Below are positions 50,058-61,820 of a DNA stretch of 64,000 bases, one piece after another (positions within the stretch are counted from its first letter, which is position 1; the number at the start of each line of letters is the position of its first letter). The translations under genes were made by a program, and so were the position numbers. Below the pieces are notes generated by a model. The model searched no databases, had not been told where the DNA came from, and saw only the letters and a list, made by a program, of their open reading frames with translations. Source of the DNA: Takakia lepidozioides (Eukaryota; Plantae; Bryophyta); assembly GCA_030704615.1 (NCBI GenBank), contig CM060732.1, forward strand, positions 8,804,001 through 8,868,000, written 5' to 3'.

Positions 50058-50400
50058 GTCCTACCGTCTGTTTGTGTATTTGTCTGTCTGTCTGTCTGTT
50101 TGTTTGTGTACCCGTCTGTCTATCTACCTATCTTACTGGGTCTCTGTCTACCTGTCTTACTGGGTCTGGATTAAGATGGCGTTGACGCTAGCTTAATCTC
50201 CACCCCTCTAAGCATAAGAAAATTGACAAACAGAAAAGCACAAACCACTCAAGAACCCTGTCTGTCTGTCTACCTACCTGTTTGTCTGTCTGGGTCTGGA
50301 TTAAGATGGCGTTGACGCCAACTTAATCTCCACCCCTCTAAGCATAAGGATATTGAAAAACAGAAAAACAATAATAAAAAAAACAAAAAAAAAGTTTTTT
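50058..50400. repeat. Hairpin plus (GTCT)n tandem units, continuing the unit at 32470-32588 that the LTR element interrupted
   Basis: gattaagatggcgttgacgccagcttaatc near-palindrome at 32497, 50169 and 50299, each followed by tccacccctctaagc and separated by gtct-rich microsatellite. Confidence 0.85.
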
Positions 50401-51159
50401 TTTTGTTTTTTTTGTTTTCCGAATGTGCCAGATTAAGGTGTCTTCCGGGCTGGAAGTAAGCTTCTGCCAAATTAAAATACACTTATTTAAACTCAACAAC
50501 ACATACAATTTCTGTTGAGCTTCTTTATGACACTTGAATTTTTTCCACCTATTCTTTTAAGTTTAAGCCTCCTTTCGCTTCGCTTCTCCACCTCTTCTAC
50601 ATTGTCGCTGGTTGGGATTTATTCTATAAGATACCCTTTCACGAATTAGGGTTACCGTTCTGGGTTTGTGGTTTCCGTTTATTCTTTGGGGTTTGGGGTT
50701 TGGGATTTATCAGTGTGGGCTTGGGTTTTAGGCTTATGGTTTGCCTTGGGGGTTCGGAGTTTGGGTTGCGGGATTAGTGTTTGTGGTTAGGGTTTCCCGT
50801 GTTTCCCTGGGTTTAGAATTTGCCATGTTTGCCGTACAATCACTCTTATTTCAGTCCATCCATGCTCCATTAATCAGTGCGGATTTTCATTCCACATTCA
50901 TCCATCATTCATCCCTTCACTTCTTTCATTCATCCATGCTTCTTTCATTCGCATATTCATCCCACATTGCATGCATGGAGCACGACATCTTTAGTCCCTA
51001 GCCGTCTATGTGAATTTCCATTAAGAAGTGTTTGCGTTCACGGCAATAGGCCCTGTATTACCTCGATTGTAGGCTCCGCTTTTCTAATCTGCTCATGCTT
51101 ACAATGTGCTCACGCTTAAGGGATTCTGCTCACGATTAGTGTGCAAAGCATGAGCATGC

Positions 51160-51520
51160 TCACACGGTAGCTACCCTCTGAATCTTGGGGCATGGATAAA
51201 GGCAAATGCTCCAAGGACTCAAGATAATTACTAGTACAAAGAGAGCAAGGGGGTCAGCTTGGTCCGAGATAGTTTTAATTGCGAGAATTCTGCGTGCGAT
51301 CTTCCAAAGGAAGGCAAAGACCTTAGAAGATCTGTCTTTTCTCCAAATATCCTTCCAAATGTGTCCCCAAGAGTCGTTTGTCTGTAGACTGTTGGCCCAT
51401 TTACTTTGCCATTTGTTGGCAAAGGATTGGGCGGGGGACAATAGTGAGTAGCCTAGCTTCACTGAATAAGCAAGGAAGGGGGAGCGATCCGGATTCATCC
51501 AACGCCACTCCCTGGATCGA
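51160..51520 (-). mobile_element. LINE (L1-like) 3' fragment, zf-RVT domain
   Basis: YSVKLGYSLL...WKDIWRK...KVFAFLWKIARRIL, followed by a decayed CxxC...EH region. Confidence 0.7.
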
Positions 51521-53056
51521 ATTGTAGTCCTGCCAAAGGATGCATTCGCTTCTTACTAAACCTTTGATTTTCTAATCCTTTATTCTACAATACAGGCTCA
51601 CATGTGACAGGGGAGCGGGGGGGGGGGGGGGGGGGATTTTGACAGCGTGCCTCCGCCGGAACATAGTCGGGGTATGGCCATCCCCGGTGATCGTACCGGC
51701 AAGGCTGCATTCAACTCGTTGGGTAAGAGCATCCCCACCCTACACAGAACCCCCACCGGAATATGATGATATGGTGGGCGGGAAAACGTCCCCACCCATG
51801 CACTGAACCCTATATCCCATGAAAAGCGGGCACTGAATATCGTTCTGTGCATTGAATCCGAGCGCCGTATTCAATGCACTGAATACGTCCCTGATTCCAA
51901 GTCAGTGTGACCAAGCGCGTGCTTGTCAGCATCTCGGCGGAGACCTCGCCCTTTCCTGCCAATGTGAGGCGAGGTGTGCGGGGATAGCATGGGCGATTCA
52001 GGGACAAGGGTGTACGCGAGTGGGGCTGCCGCGCCACAGAACCCAACAGGCCCTGAATTGATGACACTATCTTTGGCGTTACAAGGAGTTTTTCGGGCTC
52101 AAGGGTGGGGATGCTCTAGGCGTGTAGTCTTCTCGCTGGTGCGGCCGGGGCCTAACTGTCAATGTGTTAGCCCTGTCTAAATGTTACTTTTTTTCTACTC
52201 CCAACCGTTAACATTTATCCAGGGCAGACTGTAGTGCGTGAAACAAACGAACATAGTTAGCCGGCACATGGCTCTGCGCTTTGACATGTGGGAGCATTTT
52301 GTGATGCAATCAGCACGCCAGACAGACAAAACGCACGCCTGTGGCACAGTCGACAGCTTCCACATACCAACAATTAACAAGTTTACGCAAGCAACACAAC
52401 GGCACCAAGACCGTGCGCGCGCACCAATTTTTTTGATATGGCTTGGTCACAGACCTCCACAATTTCCACGAAGCTCCCTCGCAACTTTAACGATGTTCTT
52501 TGTCAGTTCTTGTAGGCAACTGTTTGGTTTAGGGCCATTTGTACAGACTACAGACCCAGGATAAGGATAGTGGGCTGATGCCATTGCACTGTTTTCGCTG
52601 TGATCGTCTCTGATGAGAGCCAGATTTGCATCGATTCTTAAGGGGGTGAGAGGGGAAGGGCCTAGGAGGAGGGAGAACCAGTACTACTACGGCACTCGTG
52701 CAATGCTCATTGCAGTAGTATGTCTGGCATCCCTGGTATACTTCAGAAAGGTCTTAAGCAGACCATCCATATGATGCAAGCTTTCACCCAACAATCAGAC
52801 CCAAGCAGATGGCACAACCTCTCAAACCAAGCAAAAAGAGCTGGAGTGGAAGTCTTGGTTATCCTTAATGCCCACAAATCAGGCACATGGATTGCTTTAT
52901 TGGCAGACGTGTTGAAGTCAAATTACAGGGGTAGGGCACGGAGTCCTTCACATTTTCATCAAAGGCTGCGAAGGCTTCAGCACGCTTACTTTTGCATTTC
53001 CCTGTGGTCTTATTATCTGCGCCTCAATCTTCCCCACTGGATTATATAGAATGTAC

Positions 53057-53560
53057 TCATAAGACGTTGTTTGCCGTAGCCTTGTGGCCATTGACCCCGC
53101 GCCCAGTTTGAGCGGAACACAAAGGGACAGAACCTACCTTTGTCAGGGGCTGACGCCGGTAGTAAGACTTACCTTGGAATAAACAAGTGATCCGGGTTTT
53201 CCAGATATCCACTAGAAATCCCTTCACACAAGCATCAATCTGCTGTATGTGGTTTGCCCAATAACTAGGCCCCAAAAGGGCCTGGGCTTTTGGCTCAGCC
53301 TGGAGACTTTCAAAGTTGGTAACCAGAGGTACAGGCACAATTCCCTTGATAGATTTGAGGAGAGTGTCTCCCTGGTGAGAGAACCCCGGACAATGAATCA
53401 GAAAATGAATATTGTCTTCAGGTTGCCCACACAACAGGCAATTGCACTCTCCCTTTCCTCTCTGCTTCTGTTTGCTGTTCAAAGGTAGGCTTCCCGCCCT
53501 GAGTTTAAATTTCAGTCTAGTGCCGAGAGTGGGTAGACCCTTGAGGTCATCCATGATGTC
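53057..53560 (-). mobile_element. Non-LTR retrotransposon ORF2 C-terminal fragment (5'-truncated)
   Basis: LKFKLRAGSLPL...CLLCGQPEDNIHFLIHCP is the CCHC-type C-terminus typical of LINE ORF2. Confidence 0.7.
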
Positions 53561-53927
53561 CTCAAATACAAAGAGTGCTGTTAAGCTAGGCAGCCTCTAA
53601 CCCCCAACTAGATTCAGACGCTCAACTGCAGCCTACTGTCCGGAAGCACCTGCCTGCACAATCATGTGATTGAGATAGCACACTTTCCAATGACAAAAGA
53701 CAACCACATCCAGACAAATAACTTCTGAGTCAAATGAACTGCACACCATACCCATATGTACACGTTTCAAAGCTCGAGGTCCTTGGAACAGAAGGGCATA
53801 GACAACATGTTGTGCAATTCAGCAACAGAGGTAGCTTGTATCCCTAATGAAGTGTCCCATGACTCCTTCCAAATCTGGCATCATCACAATAGCTGCAACT
53901 GTCAAGGGCTTGCCGAACAGAATCCAT

Positions 53928-55391
53928 TCAAGAAGCTGGTGGGGAGCACCAGAAGGCAAAATGCTCGTCTTTGCGCATGTTGCTGACAACACCGCCACAC
54001 TGCTGACACACAAAGCTGCTGCCATCAGCTGAAGCATCCATCACCACTTGTAGCCGGCCACTCTCTGCTAAGATAGGGGCTCTGCTTGTTCCACTGCTAT
54101 CCATCATCTCCCCGTGCTCTCTATCCATCATCTCCACTTGCTCTGATGTCACTGGAGCAGCCTGTGCTTGGGGAGCACCTGCAGGTGAGGCAGGTGACGG
54201 AAGGGTAGCAATTGCACATTCTGCAAACAAGGCTGACAACTCATCAGTGGCAGCATTCGCCTGCATGCCACTGTGGTAGATTTCTTGAGCTTTTCCCAGT
54301 GCTGCCACCACTGCCTGCTCGCCCCCAGTGGCTCGCAGTGCAAGCACCACCTGCCTCACATCCAACCACACAGTAATGCTACTCTATTAAACTGCCTTCC
54401 TGTACTCGTTACAAACATCAAGACTCCTCATCCCTGACCATCCATACACCTTCCCGCACCTCCTTACAATAATTCCTCAAGATTTCCACAGCTTGTTTCC
54501 TCACCTCCCAGAAGGAATAGCCTGTTTTAAGAAAGAAAGGTGGGGAAGCAACATCTTGAATATGGCGAGTGCTGTAGGAGATAGGGGATGACAAGGAGCA
54601 ACCCTTACCTACCCACCCCCAGCCAGGGACTGAATCACGTATTGCTTACCCTAACTTACACGATTGGGGTCATTCCTGTGAGTCATCCTATGGAGCACAC
54701 TGAGGCCGGGCATGGCAAAGACCCAGTGAACTCATGTAAAACAACTGAGCAATAGGCTAAACCTACGGTACTGTGGCACATTACTACCACCTATTTCACC
54801 TCAAGGAACCCCAACTAATGTATTCTGCCTCCAGGGATCAGTGAAACATACCCAATTACATACAAAGACATACGTTGGTCCAGCCATCCTGATTTGCATC
54901 TAGGCAATCAGACCTCCGCCTGGTGTGGGAGAGAGGAGTCAGTGTCTCTGCTAAAGTGTTCATAATCTGTCAAACAGGAAACCTGCAGAGCTTGCAGGTT
55001 CTGGCTTAGATCCACCCCGCCAAGGCTAGCTTGCAGGTCCCACTTGCAGAATTGATATGTGATAGCTAATGTCCTGATGTTTACCAATCCTATGTAAAGC
55101 TGTTCTGTATTTTTGTCGAAGTACCAAGCAATCAGAAACTGAAAACTACATAACTCGTAATTCCACGCCAATTGAGAGGAGGCGTTGACAAATTACTCCG
55201 CCGCCTTCGGCCATCACTCACTCCCCTCCACCCCTTTCTCCCTACTTTTCCTCGGTACTTACAGCTTGCAAAGCTTGTAAAGGATCTCCTTCGCTGATCC
55301 GTTGCCGGGCAATTGAAAGAAGAGATGCGATGCCGTCAGCGCTTAGCTCCTCCCCTGCAGGCTGTCCCCCTGCAGCCCCAGATGTATCCAT
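53928..55391 (-). CDS. Conserved plant protein with a C-terminal C2HC zinc finger, 2 exons
   Basis: Exon 1 55391-55263 (MDTSG...LLSIARQRISEGDPLQALQA|gtaagt). Exon 2 54350-53928 (VVLALRATGG...DGSSFVCQQCGGVVSNMRKDEHFAFWC). Confidence 0.85.
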
Positions 55392-56327
55392 GGTAGCAAT
55401 ATGAGTGGCTATAACAATGGCAAATCAATCACCCAAGATGAGAATGGTGGGAGTTTTTTCACACACAATCCCAATAAAGGATTTACAAATCCTCAAATAG
55501 ATGTGGCAGAAGAAATCCAACACCATTTGCTCAAGGCTGGAAGCTTCTCTGTTCCTGGCTGCCTGGCTGGGCAGAGTATCTAATGGGTTGTGGACATGAG
55601 GGCACAGCAAGCAGGGCTTTAGGGGTTTTAGTCTCCTCCTGTACCCGCCTCTAACCAACCCACCTGCGAGCTTCAAGCCGCAAGTCAAGATATTCATTGA
55701 TCACCTTTGTAATGTTAAGTTGGATCCTAGATAGAGGGTATGGGGTGATTTTTCGATCCTAGTCCACATGGGCGGTATTGGGGAAGGATCACTGTGGAGT
55801 CACATGGATGACAGTCGGGTGCTGGATGAACGACAAAGACCTTGCAAATGAGCAATAGTCCCCTGGTCTCTCTTCAGGATAGGATTCTTTTTTCCCTTTG
55901 TAACAAGAATACAAAGGGACAACCCTTGTTGAATGGAGGCCCTGGAGTTCTTCAAAACCTGGAATGTGACGTTGTGGACCAGTGTAAGATTTTCTGCAAA
56001 TTATGATGTTTGGTAGTTGAGTGAAGACATGCCCAACAACTATTTCACATTTATGCAATTGCAACTGTATCTTCAACTATTCAGTTGTGACTGTTATGAT
56101 GACTCGGCAGCTTCAAAAGCATCACTTGTTGTTTGGCATGTGTTGGATCCCAGTTTATAAAAACATGCTGCAAGTGCAAGACAATATGATGAAATGGGGG
56201 TGGGATGAAACCCTCTAACCGCAATGCATGGACCACACTGCAAATGTTGCCTGTTTCAAAACCTAGGTTCAAATTGACATTCCACATCTCCAACAAGAGT
56301 GTTCACTCTTCCACCATTCAATCAAAG

Positions 56328-58128
56328 CTACAGCTCAGATCCTCTGCCTCCTGAAGGCGTAGGAGCAAAGAACCCTTCTAACACCTCCATGGACATGCGC
56401 ACCAAACTTTGCACATTGGTGGGCCTCAATTGCAACAGGTCACAGAAAAGGTCCCCCTCCAAGACCTCACGCCGAATCGCCATCACACAATTCCGCAATG
56501 CACCCTGTATCGCACCAAAAGTTGTACAAGACTTCTAAGTTTTCCTTCTTTAAAAAGAGATGATAGCACTGGTTTCGACTCATGGCTTCCACACATCATG
56601 CAGTATATACTCTTCAACCTCTTTTTTCTTTTTAAATCCAGCACTTTAATTGTAATAGATGCAGACTTCATTAGTTCACAATTAGAGAAAACAGTTTGAT
56701 CTCATATAATCTGCAGTAACTCGGTCATCTTCCACAAGGGCAAAGTTGAGCATTGTGACGCTTGCATAGATTACAGACAAGTTTCATACTTAGAGATTCC
56801 AGCTTTGTGCTATTCAATTCACTGCTTCCCAAATTTAGACTTGGCAACCACGACAGGGTCTTCCACAGTAGGCCTCATGAAAATGCTCAAAACACACGTG
56901 AGGCACCATCTGGGACATTTAGTCTCTAAATAGGCTACCATTAGCTTCCTATAATAATAATTTACAATGTGGAGGAAAACAAGGCATAATGTATATCAGA
57001 CCACCATAGTGACAGAAAGAAAGGCCGGGAGGGGACGCTAGAGACTTACAGATTGATCAAAAACCGACAAAAGGTTGTGCAGAAGTGTTTTAGTAACACT
57101 CAAAACTCTTGAATAGTTGTCTGCAATCCACTGTAGCTGCTCGCCTTCTGAATTGAGCCGCACTACTTCTGCAACAATTGCTGAAAGGTCACTAAGGTGC
57201 AGCAAGGCCTGAGATAGACCCGCACCCCTGGACACTGATTGCGTAAAATAGTAGTGCGCCAAGTAATCCCAGCTCAGTGACCCCACACCCATCCACCACT
57301 GCAGGCCACTTCCCAAGGTAGCAGCCATGGCCCTGGCCCTATCGGCCCCTGATTCCACAGTGCACCCACTAAGACCATCACCTCCACACACATTTTGCGC
57401 ATAGGTCATTGCCTACGTAAGTCTGCCTTCCCAATTCGATCATTACTGATAATCAAACTTTCTCTTGTCTTTCATCCTGTACTGCGGTTTCCAGAAGTTC
57501 ATATACAGACAGAACAATACCTCTGTAGCTAAATACCTCTTGCCAGTACAACCATCCTCACTGCGTAACCATGTTTTAGATCACATCTAAAACAGGGGGA
57601 CACACATGGTGTGATAGAGACATGGTGGAAGGTTCCGAGTAGTTTGAAATTGAATGCACACACAAACTTGAGCACTTGCCGATTGTCAAGCTTCTTGTAC
57701 AAAAGCCAATATATTTGCACAATGGCCAATAAGGATTTAAGGAACAACGTTCCTGGTCTTTTCAATAGAGTGGCGCAAATTTACTACATGGTCCAATTGA
57801 GATGTGTACCGGCCTCTACCCATTTCTCCACTGACAATCCACATCGACTTCGCCTGGAAGGACTTACTAAATTGTTGGAAGACTCGTCTTTATTCAAACA
57901 TATAGCAGAGAGGATAATACCAGAAAGATCACCGCGCTCGGACCTAAGAGAAGCAACGTTCTGAAACAAGGATTGCAACGCCATTGAGAACCCCCGCAAG
58001 CTGCTGAAGATAGCCGTGGTCGATCCCCACATCGGCTGAGCCCCTGCCATATTAGTTGTAGCCCCGCTCGGCGGCATCATGCTCACTACCAGCATCAGCA
58101 GCAGTACCACGCCCGCCCTCGTCACCAT
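56328..58128 (-). CDS. Conserved uncharacterised plant protein with a signal peptide, 3 exons
   Basis: Exons 58128-57921, 57348-57050, 56504-56328 with GT-AG borders. Hydrophobic N-terminus, VASLRSERGDLSGADRARA, SWDYLAHY, WIADNYSRVL, VFDQSGALR, ending GSEL*. Confidence 0.82.
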
Positions 58129-59634
58129 CTCCCACTATTCATCAATCTCTCTCTCCCAGTGCCTGTTTGAGAAAGCATGCAATTGGGCAGCAATTGGGTA
58201 GCTTGAATATTTCGCAAATCCTCCGCAAGATTTGCCTGCAAAATGGCTGGCGCCTTCTCTGTCTGTCACCCTCCGTTACGGACTAGGTGACCGGCTCGAT
58301 GCCACGGGTTACCCCATGTAGCTGAGGCGCGGTAGTGCCCAAGCGACCCATTCTGGGTCGGTTGGGTTTGCTTAACCAGCCATAACTTCATGTGGTTAAG
58401 GCTGATTGGGCCTTTTTTGGGCTCAATCGATAGAAAATCGGGTCCCCCTTCATATGGCATTGGCCAATTGGTCAATGCCTGAAAGGGTATGGGTCTGGAC
58501 CAATTGGAAGGGGGCACACTCAGCTTTTTGAGGCCAAATTGGCCCCCCTAACCTGCCCAAGTTGCTGACATGGAAACTGCGGTCAGGTTAGGGTGACTGA
58601 AAGATATCCCATAAAGGTTAGGGCGGCACGCTCCCCCAAACCCCTTGATTGCCCGGCAGGGGCATGGCGCCCGGCGCAGGTCTGGGCATTCCCAGGCCTG
58701 AGCCCTAGCCTGAATCGACGGCGATGGCAGCTCCGGCCAACGCCACTCAGGACGGGCTGGAGGGAGTGCAGCCGCGATGGCGGCAGAGCTCGGGGCTCGA
58801 GAAAAACGCCACGAGGAGTGGGCCAAACCTAGGGCGGGGGTTTGAGTGGCCCCCATGAAAGCAGGGCCGAGTAAGCCAGAGGAGCTCCCAAACCCCGTGC
58901 CCTTCTGGGCTATGGCTCCAAATATCCTAGGCCTGCAGGCTATTGCCTAGGTGTGCCATTTGAAGTCTTGGGCAGGGAACCTAAAGATGTGAGGGCAATT
59001 ACCGATTGGTCCCAAACTTTTTTGGGATCTCATATGGATGTTCATGACACTTCAACCGGAGGGATTAGGAATTGAACGGCTGAATTTGTTTGTATAATTT
59101 TAGGAAGAGATATTTTGGCCTGCCCAAAGAAAATGGCATATTTTGACCCCCCAATTTGTCACTACAAAGGAGCCCACTTGAGAACATTTCAGAAAAAACT
59201 AAAAAATTATGAGGATGTGTGTTATCAGGTATGGTATAACATTCTTGAGACTCTCAAAAAAAGAGAAATTAAAACTGCGCAAAAAAACTGCTTTTTTTGG
59301 CACCTATTTCTTAGTGAAGAGTTCTTTTTTGTCACCACTCTACACTTTATAATCTTCTGATCTGGCAGTTGGAATTTGATGAAACTTTTGTGGCAGGAGG
59401 TGGGGTAGGTGGGAAGTAATTCCAACGGTCAGTTTTACAGGGACACAGAGATTTTCCAGATAAAAATGTTTTTGTGGGCCAGGGTCATGTTTTTCCACGA
59501 GAGGGTGAAAATGAGTCTGGGCACTTAAGGGTTAAACTGGGTTTTCGAAACATCGAGAGTGACAGTCATGCATGCGCAGCCAGGTTATCGATACTTGTGA
59601 GGGTCGCAGGTTACCGCCAGTCGTTAGTAGATAC

Positions 59635-60466
59635 CAGTGTTGGGCGGTTCTTGCATTTGTGAAGGAACCTTCGGTTCCGGTTCCAAAATTATTTCAAGAG
59701 ACGGTTCCGGATCCGGTTCCGGTTTTTTTTTATTGAGCCGGTTCCGGTCCGGTTCCGGATCCAACTTTTAAACATGGGGGCGGTTCCGGTTACCGGTTAG
59801 TTGCTGATAAAAACCATCGGTTCCGGTTAGGTTCCGGTTCTATTTTAAAAATATATTTGTTTAATTTAATTAGATTTAAAATATTTTATCAGTCCGGTAG
59901 ATTAAATAGCAGTGTATTCACATATTTGAACTAAAATCCAACGATTTTGTTAGTTTTCACTAACACAAAAAAACAAACAAAAATACTCTAAATAAACTGG
60001 TAGAAGAAAATGGGTAAAATTTTATGGGTTGAAAGTACTATTCAGCTACCTGGCAAGTATTGGCATCTTCAAACATTTTATTAATGAACTTAGCCAGGAT
60101 ATCATGGAGCTGGAGATTGAACCCAAGATCTCATGGCGCTGAAGCATTGAACATAGAATCTCATGGCCTTCAAGCATTGAACCCAGGATCTCAGGAGCTT
60201 AAGAGCATTAAATAAGTTTTTCCCTGGGCCCACCAGCCCCACCAAGGGGTCAAGAACCAAGAACCGGAACCGCTTTGGGAGCTGGAACCGCCGGTTCCCA
60301 CACATGTGGTCGTAGCTGGAACCGCCGATTCCGGTTCCCACACAATCCCCAATGAGCGGTTCCGGTTCCGGTTCTGCACAGGCGGGTCCGGTTCCGGTCC
60401 GGTTCCACATAACCGGAACCGGAACCGGCGGTTACCCGGGGCCAGGCGGGTAACCGCCCAACACTG
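59635..60466. mobile_element. Non-autonomous hAT-type element (MITE), 832 bp
   Basis: 15-bp TIR cagtgttgggcggtt / aaccgcccaacactg, 8-bp TSD gtagatac on both sides, many subterminal ccggtt/ggttccgg motifs. Confidence 0.92.
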
Positions 60467-61820
60467 GTAGATACGTACTCGAGACGCTTCGAAAAACCGG
60501 TTATGACAAGGATTTACGGATGTTCTCGAGATGTCAAGTTTGGTAACGGTACAGACTAAGTGCTAAAGGAAGCCATTCCGTTAGTTTGCCGGATCATTTG
60601 CTCCAGAATTCATGTTACTGTGTCACTAATCATCTGATGCTTGCTTGCTCAGGGGCAAGAAAGAGAGAGAGAGAGAATGTACTCATACAAGGGCGTGAAT
60701 CAGACCACAACTGGGCCAGGGCATGGGGCTCAGACTGGAGATTTGCAAAGTTGATGGACTATGTTCTTAATAGTCGTGAAGAGGGTCGCTCTCATGAGAA
60801 TACTTGAGACATTTAGTTTCCGTCTAGGTAGGCCCTTCAGATCATCCTCGAGGTCCTCACCCATTTCACAAACTGGAAATAGCTTCAGGGAAGTTTTATG
60901 CCTAGCTTTGGAGAGAGATACTCATGCCATGCCTGCAAATGTTGACTTGCCATAGCCTTAAGGCCACTGACCCCATGGGAAAGTAACGCTCCCGGAGCCT
61001 TTTGAGGGGTTCACAACCTCCAGGGTTTAGAGAGAGAGAGAGAGAGAGAATATGGGCGGATAGAAGGCAAGTTCCAGTGAAGCAACACACACATGATAAC
61101 ATATAACAATGTGCTCAGCCAGGTGTGTTATTTTTGTTTACAATAATGACTGCTGTTCACCTTCGCCGCAAAAAGATGCCTCTCAGATCGATAACACTAA
61201 GGACCAGACAAATGCATTACTTTTTGACAATCCACATAATACAATGGTATCACACTACACTACCACTTTTCTGGCTCCACACCTGCATTCTACCTTGTAG
61301 CTTACAATGTCCCTGATCACCTGCAAGATGGGTGGCTATTGATGGAAATTTTTGTCCCAAAGCAGCTTTCCAGCTGTCCTTGATATGCTACTCCAAGAGG
61401 TAACAAGCATATCAAAGCTGCAAGACATAAAATATGAAGAACAGCTCTGCACAATCCTGTCGCAAACTAACTGATGCCTCTGTAGGTTGAAAGGTGGTTG
61501 AGTAAAAGATCCTCCCTTGTCATCCTCAAGCTGCTACTTGCGTAACTGTATTCTCGAGTCCCACTCCCCAGAGCATAGTGATTCTCCAGGAGTGAGTTAC
61601 ATGGGTCCTTCTCATTTGTGAGGAAGTTGGGAATGAACAAGCTTCTCAGCATGATAGCGGGGAGGTAACCTTCAGGACAACAATATCGAACAGCATTTGT
61701 CCTGCTTTCTAGCCACCCACCCAGATGCCCCATGGTACATCTGATTTAGCAGGGAAATCAGTGCACTCATTTCAGCTACTGTGCCTGAGATATTAAAGCT
61801 TGAAATCATCCTGAGGCTTG

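Noticed and set aside
51540-52160. Telomerase RNA or snRNA gene
   Set aside because: No convincing template region or correctly spaced USE/TATA promoter.
58260-59535. piggyBac-like element ending ...aagggTTAA
   Set aside because: No matching left TTAAccctt end was found. Probably TE-derived but not definable.
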